Assembly (NCBI RefSeq): GCF_000150275.1
Contig: NW_002060947.1
Location: forward strand, 8,503,284 to 8,567,283
Length of the DNA: 64,000 bases
Direction: 5' to 3'
Origin: Trichoplax adhaerens
Taxonomy: Eukaryota > Animalia > Placozoa
Position numbers and translations under genes: made by a program. Below are positions 56,276-64,000 of this stretch, piece by piece (position 1 is the stretch's first letter; each line of letters opens with the position of its first letter). Under the pieces are notes generated by a model that was given only the letters and a program-made list of their open reading frames with translations, searched no databases and was not told where the DNA came from.

Positions 56276-57699
56276 CCAAGTATATTAAATTATAGTACAA
56301 CCTAAGCCCATCTTTATAGTTTTTAAATTCATTTCGTTCGATCTATTTACCGTAGTAAATTTGCCTATAATCAGTCTTGAGTCATCAAATACCGTACCAG
56401 ACTTCTCATCAAGCAGATAATCAATATCCTTTAAAGTACGAATCAATTAGTTAAAAATGTTATTACACATCTATAAATGTCTAATATTGTAAAACTGCAT
56501 GACATCTTCACAATTACAATACTCTAAGCTACATAAATCTCCCATTATTTTATGATTAATTAACTCACTGATATTGGTAATTATTGTGTAGTACGCTCCG
56601 CCACATTTATCATGTTGTACTTTTAGTACGATGTAGTATTATATATAGCATTAATACATTTCGATTGCTATTGTATGTTTGCGTTAATTCGATATTACCT
56701 GAATTTAGGACCTTAAAAACTTGCTATTGTCACAGGTTATATAAAAATAATCGAGATTGATTATTTACAGTATTCTACACATGTGATATACCACACTTGT
56801 TAATTCTACATGTTAATTGTAGATTGTGCTGCGTGCACTAATGAATCTACTATTACACAAACTTGCAATTACATTGCGTTAAAAGTGTGAACAACGCACG
56901 TATATAAGCCGCTGTTTTTCAATACATTAAAGAGAGAGTTAGTTGTTAGTTTTAAAATAACTTCAACTGCGTGTTGAATTTCTCGCCTGTTTGCTTATTG
57001 AGAGTAGTACGAACCTTCAATATGGTTACTAGTATTAACTCTAGACAGTAATTCATAACAGTAATCAACAATTTCTAATACAGTAAATAGCAGTCATCTA
57101 ATATTAACATCACGATAAAATCTATTATTAGAAACTTAACTATATCAAATTAAACAATCAATACGATCAGTTATATGTACATCATTACATTAGCGACTTA
57201 TCTCATATATAAATTAGTCACCTTATGAAGAATTGCAGACTAAATCCATGTAGTAATTTTAAATCGAATTATCATTCAGGAATGCGATATGATAAATGAA
57301 TTTTCAAAAATATAATATTGGCGTTGAATACACCGATTAGTACCTACTTTAAACAGATAGTTAGGCTTTAATTATTCCAATAAGAAGTTAATATCTAGTA
57401 ATTTGATTATCATTCGTTTTTAAGTGTCGAGATTTATCAGATATATTGATATTAAACACATATTTAAATGTAGCTTATCCGTCGTAGTCCAAACCTTAAT
57501 TATTATATAGCATGTTGCAATCTTGTAAAATAGCATATTACAATAAATTTAATTTAATTACTTTTTCATTAGAATGCTTTCGGGTAATTCTTATATTAGC
57601 ATTACATTTTTGAGTAGTTAAATTTGTTAGTTCTCAAACAAATTATAAATGAGTTATTGAAGCCCATGTTTTACCAACAATCTGTCAATAATCTTTCAA

Positions 57700-58525
57700 T
57701 TTCCAATTTTTCTGATCAATAATTTTATTTTTTTCAAAGTTAAGCCTAAATAACCAATCGGATTTACTACAGAATTCATAAACAGTAATATGAAAGCAAC
57801 GATACTAAAGTGCATATCTGCTGCTTGTCTTGCATAGCATAAATTGGTATTATGCAGAAAGAAAATGACAACTCCAGGTAGCTAATTGAGTAGATTAGTT
57901 AAAGCTAAAAATCCCGTAACGCAACTAAGATATCGTTCTGATTCGTAAAGAGTGGTAACATTCAGATTATTAACTCTGGTAAGGGCATCTTTTATAGGAT
58001 GTATGTGGACTGTAATTACCATATAGAGTAATACAGTCCCAATAAATAAAAAAATAAATAATAAGGTATAATCTATTCCTCCTACGATTAGAAATATAAA
58101 CTAATCCATATCATTGAAGTAGCAAGAGGCGGTGAAATAATCATTTATGTTGGAAAAGTAAATTTTTACGATCGAATGAGAACAAAAATAGCGAAACATA
58201 TTCCGAGTAGTCAAAGTATCCTGCAAGTCAATCTCGCACGATTGATAGTTAAAGGACGAGAAGTATAAGGTATCATGACGTTTGTGTACTATAATAATGA
58301 TCAACACTGGTTATAATTATTAAATATAATGCCTGAAAAATCGGCTACAGCTAAATTTGCAATAAGAAACTTATGAACTTTACGGATTTGGCTGTTTTTG
58401 CGAAGTAATAAATTGACTTAAAATGACTTCAATACGACATAAATGTTAGCTATTAATCCAACAACTCCAAAAATGCAAGAATAATGGCAATTTTATTTCC
58501 TTCAAAAAATCGAGTTTATTATTAT
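57700..58525 (-). pseudogene. GPCR array copy 7, decayed pseudogene mostly missed by the ORF track
   Basis: Manual translation: SIFEGNKIAIILA/FGVVGLIANIYVV, KVHKFLIANLAVADFSGIIYLIIITSVDHYY, FTASCYFNDMD*, ERYLSCVTGFLALTNLLN*LPG, LLFMNSVVNPIGY. ECL1-TM3 appears deleted and the start ATG is lost. Confidence 0.88.
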
Positions 58526-58929
58526 CTTCTTTCAAAGGACTTCAACTCTATCTTAATTCATTAAAGTTATTAGTGAAAATAAATATTTGTAAGACGGCTA
58601 TAACTGTTTCAAAGGAGAAAGAAGATTTGGCGTATGAAAGAAAAAATATGACATTTCTAGCTAGGCATACTAGGTTTAATACATATTTTTTATCCTAAGA
58701 AAACTAGTAAAAATTTATTATAGAAAATTTTATTACTGGCTACAGCAATTTCATTACATAAAGATTATTTAACGTACGATTTTTTATCACCAATTAACCG
58801 TCTTAATTGGATTATTAGAGACCCCTGTACTATTAAAATTGACTGAAATGGAATAATTTTTGTAAATAGTGCACAGTTAGCTAGCAACTGTGATTTCTTT
58901 AGGCAAAAGCTGGATATCTACTTTCTTAC

Positions 58930-59455
58930 TGCATTAAATTTTTAAATGGCTCGAAGCAGGAATTGTTGTTCGTAATTAATTGAATAACTGGGTCAGTATT
59001 GTAATTTTAATGGATCTTTAGCCAATTCTGTTCTTGACCATCGTAACATTAGCATTGCTCCCATAAATGCTCATGTTTAAGGTCGTTACGCTATATGAGT
59101 AGGGAATAAATTGCATACTTGACTGTAAGAATGGAAGCAGCTATTTTTAAGGTCATTAAGTTGTATGAGAATAGATCAAATCGCATAATTGATTGTGGCA
59201 ATTCTAGTAGCTAATTCTAGATTATATACGTTGTATATATTGTAGCCATTTTAAGGCGGCATCAATGTTAGAATTTCGATAAGTTAATATACTGTACTAA
59301 GTATTTTATTTTTGTAAAAATTTACTGAAACGCTCATAATGAAGAATGTTCTGATTTTGTGTTTATTATACAGAAACTGCTTTAATCTGTGTATCACTGA
59401 AAGCCCGAACACCCGGTTGTTACCGTCGGTGTAGCTTGAAGCCAGACACATAACT
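58930..59455 (-). pseudogene. TRPM-like relic (SLOG then MHR3)
   Basis: FKLHRR*QPGVRAFSDTQIKAVS (DNA-similar to 56060-56135), followed by MLMLRWSRTELAKD..YEQQFLLRAI (cf. LALAWNRVDIAK..LEQAMLDAL). Confidence 0.6.
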
Positions 59456-60266
59456 TAATACTGTACAAGTTATCTAGACATCGATTTTAACTGAATAAAA
59501 ATGCCTAATCGATTTTAAGTGTATCTAAGAACTTTATTCGGAGTACCGTAAGCAATCAGCAAGTGCTATAGTTAGATCTTCAAATCTAGTTAATTGCTTG
59601 CTCATGTAACATTCGTGCTTTGAATGTATTAAATTGTAATAAACTTTAGTAGAAATACAGTCGAATTATTAAATAAAAATTCAACACTCTGGCGATAAAC
59701 ATTTGAGAGTAAATGATAAAGGTAGAGAAGATACTGTAATAGCTGCTAGGCTAAAAAATGCGACAATTTTATTATAATTTATTCACCGCTTTACTATTCC
59801 TTTTATAATGCCTCAAAACATTAGAACTCTTTGGATTCTTTTTTATACATGAAAGTAGACCAGTTGTTACTGGCATTAAGTTCGTAGACTTATTGTTATA
59901 TTGCAATGAATATAGTACCGTTTAAAACTAGTATTACAGTTAATCGCCTTGTACGAAATTTCTCGATATATGATATTTCTCTAGCTAAAAAGTTAGTACG
60001 TTAACATAAGTCGACAGCAAAATATTTTAGAGCATTACATCAGATTTGAATGTGCTAAGATTCAGATAAATAAGCCAATCGTATGGATTCTGTCCTATTT
60101 TGTAAGAATCAGTTAAATTGTGGAGGGTAGAATACTGTCACATTTATATGTGATAGATGCAATCTAATCAGAATATTATGAAAAGATAAGTTAGATTAAT
60201 TTGTAAATTGTGTTCAACTTTGAATCTGTGATATCTATGCGAACAGTATCATGCATACTAACTATT

Positions 60267-61248
60267 TTAACAATACCGTTTACAAAATGTTGAAGTAAAT
60301 ATAAGATATAGAATTGGATTGAGAGCTGAGTTAATAAACAAACACAAAAATCCAACTAAAGATAAATATTGATCAATTGGTGTATGAGTAAATGGACTAT
60401 CAACGTAACTAGCAATCATGATAATGAGTCCTGGTAGCCAACTTATCATATTTGTTAGTATTATGATTGAAGTTACGATAGTAACGTATTTTTCGGCGTT
60501 TACTTTAGACTTAAAGCAACTTTTGTCTATTGCAGCAAGATTTTTTCTATTTTGACGCATGTAGGTAATGATTTTAGCGTAAAGCACGGTTGTGGATAAG
60601 TAACAGCTAATAATGATAACAAAAGTAAGAATCGCAATAATTTGAAAAAATTGATTCGTGGTATTTCCATATTGGCACATATTAGTAAAATCATCAAATT
60701 CATTGAGCTTTTGCAGTTCCCATGATTTTACTATGGCTATTATGGCAAAAATTATTACAATTAACCAAGATATTGATGTTGTTCGTCGAATTTGAGCCAT
60801 TGTAAGCCGTTTCGAATTATATGGATAGACATTAGACAATAGCCCGATAACGATCTATGGCAATAATTAATGTGATGAAGGTCGGCACATAAATAGCTAT
60901 GATAGATACAAATCGGGCGACAGAACACATAGAATTTAGAAGCCAAATATTTGTTAAATTGTTACATGTTTTATTTAATTCGCAGATATAAAGGTCGCTA
61001 TGATAGCGTCCGTAAAAGTAGTCAGCACCCGCAATGATAACGCAGTAGAATGAACCACATAAATCAGCTACAGCAAGATTAGCTATTAAAAAGGTGTAAA
61101 TAATTCCGCTTTTGCCTGTTTTGTGATACAACATATACCTTCGAACGGTCAAAAATATAACATAGATGTTAGCCACTATACCAAATAGCCCAAATGTCCA
61201 AGCAAGAATCGTAGCTGCATCATTTTCGTGAAGGATTCCATTCAGCAT
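60267..61248 (-). pseudogene. GPCR array copy 8, full length, broken by a 7-nt insertion just after DRY
   Basis: Removing 7 nt at ~60826-60838 joins DRYRAIV to YPYNSKRLT, matching paralog DRYTSIVKPYSSYRFT. Confidence 0.88.
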
Positions 61249-61754
61249 GATTAATTATTCTTTAAGTTAAGTTACGTCGCATTAGTGTCTGTAATTGTGA
61301 GATAAAATAGAAATTTTAACTACTAAGGAACATTATTCTTGATTAAACAATTAACCCGATGGCATATCAAGAATTTTATTATGGCGCCAGGTGTTTTACT
61401 GAGTCCTCTAATTGGTAACGTATTCCTTTTCGACCAATCACGAAATGCTTCACAAAGCGAGTAAATTGAAAATATAGCCGCACCCACGGTAAACAGTTGT
61501 AACTAATGAACATCCAATATCCTCTAGATTTAATGCTTTTAAATGAAGGTCTATCGCTAATATTAGTAGCCATCGAGTCTTTTAGTACATTAAGAATGCC
61601 TAGCCGGAAGTATTATATTTACAGAGATTTACAAAACTGGTTGAAAGCTGATNGCGGTATTAATTTTACGGTTTATAAATATGTAATGTAACTAGTATTG
61701 TGATNNNNNNNNNNNNNNNNNNNNNNNNNNNNNNNNNNNNNNNNNNNNNNNNNN

Positions 61755-61978
61755 TCAGCGCTAGCTATTGTTGCTAAATAGCTTGCACCACAAAGGTCAC
61801 AAGCAGCCAAATTTGCTATTAGGAAAGCGTGAATTTTACTCGTTGTTCGACGGTGCTTTTGCGTACAATCTCGAACACTATTGATTATGACATAGATATT
61901 AGCTAAGATACCAGCAATTCCAAAAGCCCAAGAGATAATTAATGCTACCACATTATCATGAAATATAGCGTGCCACAT
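61755..61978 (-). CDS. GPCR array copy 9: 5' part of a duplicate or allele of copy 6, running into a gap
   Basis: Protein identical to the N-terminus of 51875-52858. Confidence 0.7.
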
Positions 61979-64000
61979 AATTTTTTAACTCACGTTATTT
62001 CGGTTCTTTTATGCTTAACCAATGTTCTATTGGTCCTTGATATCGATAAAATGAATTTAAACTTAGTAAAAATATATTCAGCCACGTCAGTGTTAAGGCA
62101 ATAATATTAAATATTGTAAAGTTGTAATATAATTAAAGTAAGGTTCTTAGATTAAATCACAGTTACCATCACGCAGACGTCAATATAAGATAGAATAACG
62201 ATCAATATATGAAGTTTTTATGGCAACCTGGTTAAGCTGACCGCCCTTTCGCTATATACTATTAAATTGTTCGTCTATAAAAGTACGTATACACAGCTCA
62301 TACCATTTGACTATCTCATCAAAATTTTTACCCAGAAACAGCCTTGATACAGTACAACATAAATTGGCAATGAAGGTAGAGTGAGATTGTAAAGTGGAAA
62401 ATGAATTGACTAAAATTTAACCATTTATAGAACATAGGTGAATAATAATATAATTAATTACCTTACCGTTATTATTATTTGCATAGGAAAATGGTATAAA
62501 TAATGAATGAAAATTTAAAAGTTATTGACAATAATTTAATTTAAACAACAAGAAAGTCTATCGAATATATAGATTAATAACGCAACAAATAATACTTCAA
62601 ACATTAACATATATGGGGAAATAAATTAGTTATTACAATTATTTGATAGATACATATATTAAAATTTAAGTTAGTAACTATTATATATTACATGTAACTT
62701 TTATGCAAATTTATTTGATTTATTCCAACTTCTAGGTTATTGACGATCAAAAACAGAAATTTGATGAAAGATATAGGATCAATTAACGAAAGAATCAGAA
62801 AACTATTTCAATCTACTTATTTAGTGTTCATACTCTAAAACATGTTTATTTGCTATTTGCAGAATAAGACATAAATTAAATTTTGAAATCAATAAAATGA
62901 AATACTCATAATGTCTTTAACTAATAAGTAATTCAACTATTTCTCTAGAATGGAAAACATACATGGTATGTATTTTACTGTGCTAGTAATATTTCTAGAT
63001 TGCATACTAAATTTAATTACCTATTTCTTTGTCTTGCTAAGAAAGACGACTTATAAAAGACTGTCCCTACGTTACCATTTAAAACTTTCGTGAAAGAATA
63101 AAGTCCATTAATATTTTAATATGCAAGGAACTAAAATATTATTGCTATAATTAAATCTAATTTTTAAAGATTTCTAAGCCAGGTTTAAATACAGCGAAAG
63201 TTTTCGCTTGAATTTTATACACAGTCTGAAATAAAGTACTTGTATGCCGCATTCGTAATCATCGGCTAGGTCCGTACAATAGATCATGCTATAGTATGTT
63301 TCGGTTTCTATTGAACTATAATTAGTTAGATCGTAAACTTTTATAGTTTAAAGTTATTCACATCCTTTATCTCTAATATAAATTTTAATAAATGCTGATA
63401 CAAAGGTGTAAACGTTTTGCTAAATCCTACAACTGCGTTTGCCTTTACTAGCTGAAATACAGCAATAGGTGATATCCAAACCAAATATTAAATGTTTAAG
63501 TTCGAATATCTAATATCGAATTACGAATAGTATCATTCTAATTAAATTCATTAATTTATTTCGTTATCAGAGATCCAACTATTACTGTACGAAATTAAGA
63601 TAGATCCAAAAGCATGAAAAATTTTAGTTATCAGATTCTTTCTTCACTTAGAAATATAGATGGATAATTGAGTAATCTGCAAAGAGCTCATGCACTAAAG
63701 TTTGCGATATAACAACATTAAAATGTATGAACTTTGCTTTTTGCGTCGCAGGTATGACAAAAATATCTGGTGATAAATGGACGATACAGTCAATTACTTT
63801 CGGTTCGGCATTAGAAAGTGTAATTTAATTAACTAAAATTTAATCGTAAATATCTAAACTAATTAGAAATATTTAAATTAAGTATAAATTATTCTATGCA
63901 TCAGACCACGTTTATTAAAATTTATTTCGGATATTACCAATTAACTTTGTAGGTTAACAATACAATAGTATTGATAAAATACAAGATAAGCGTACTGATA
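61755..64000. repeat. Near-identical copy of 52635-~54885
   Basis: Scattered SNPs and small indels; starts immediately after the N-gap. Confidence 0.92.

Noticed and set aside
56728-57030. LTR-like stretch starting TGTCAC with TATA and polyA-like motifs
   Set aside because: No clear right end or TSD.
58101-58307. ORF segment FCSHSIVKIYF as TRPM pre-S1
   Set aside because: The flanks show it is part of a GPCR pseudogene. This is a caution that short by-eye TRPM matches can mislead.
12403-61691. Short ORFs antisense to GPCRs or inside repeats (e.g. 12403, 15121, 16828, 35634, 38961, 42598, 44362, 50696, 51760)
   Set aside because: Shadow ORFs of real or relic genes, or chance ORFs in AT-rich repeats.
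1-64000. CRISPR arrays, rRNA, tRNA or prokaryotic systems
   Set aside because: None seen; the sequence is intron-containing eukaryotic DNA without regular repeat-spacer structure.

Overview
AT-rich eukaryotic (animal) genomic DNA with GT-AG introns and four N-gaps. Composition and gene types suggest a placozoan such as Trichoplax, but that is inference. The window has four components. (1) A six-exon alpha-arrestin gene on the + strand. (2) A co-oriented minus-strand array of nine intronless rhodopsin-class GPCR copies: 3 intact, 2 with a single frameshift, 3 decayed, and 1 partial gap-adjacent duplicate. Their 7TM domain resembles that of LGR/RXFP/GRL101 receptors, but they lack any ectodomain and carry a family-specific C-x5-C-x-N-x-T-N-I-W loop in ECL1. 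(3) Not visible in the ORF track: heavily decayed TRPM-channel-like coding relics on the same strand between essentially every pair of GPCRs, suggesting the amplified unit was a GPCR+TRPM cassette. (4) More than a dozen 0.3-1 kb non-coding TG...CA elements, many with exact 5-bp target-site duplications (solo-LTR-like), some nested and some with the empty site visible in a paralogous copy. Several near-identical duplications abut assembly gaps and may be haplotype artefacts. All protein assignments come from manual translation and remembered family motifs, not database searches.
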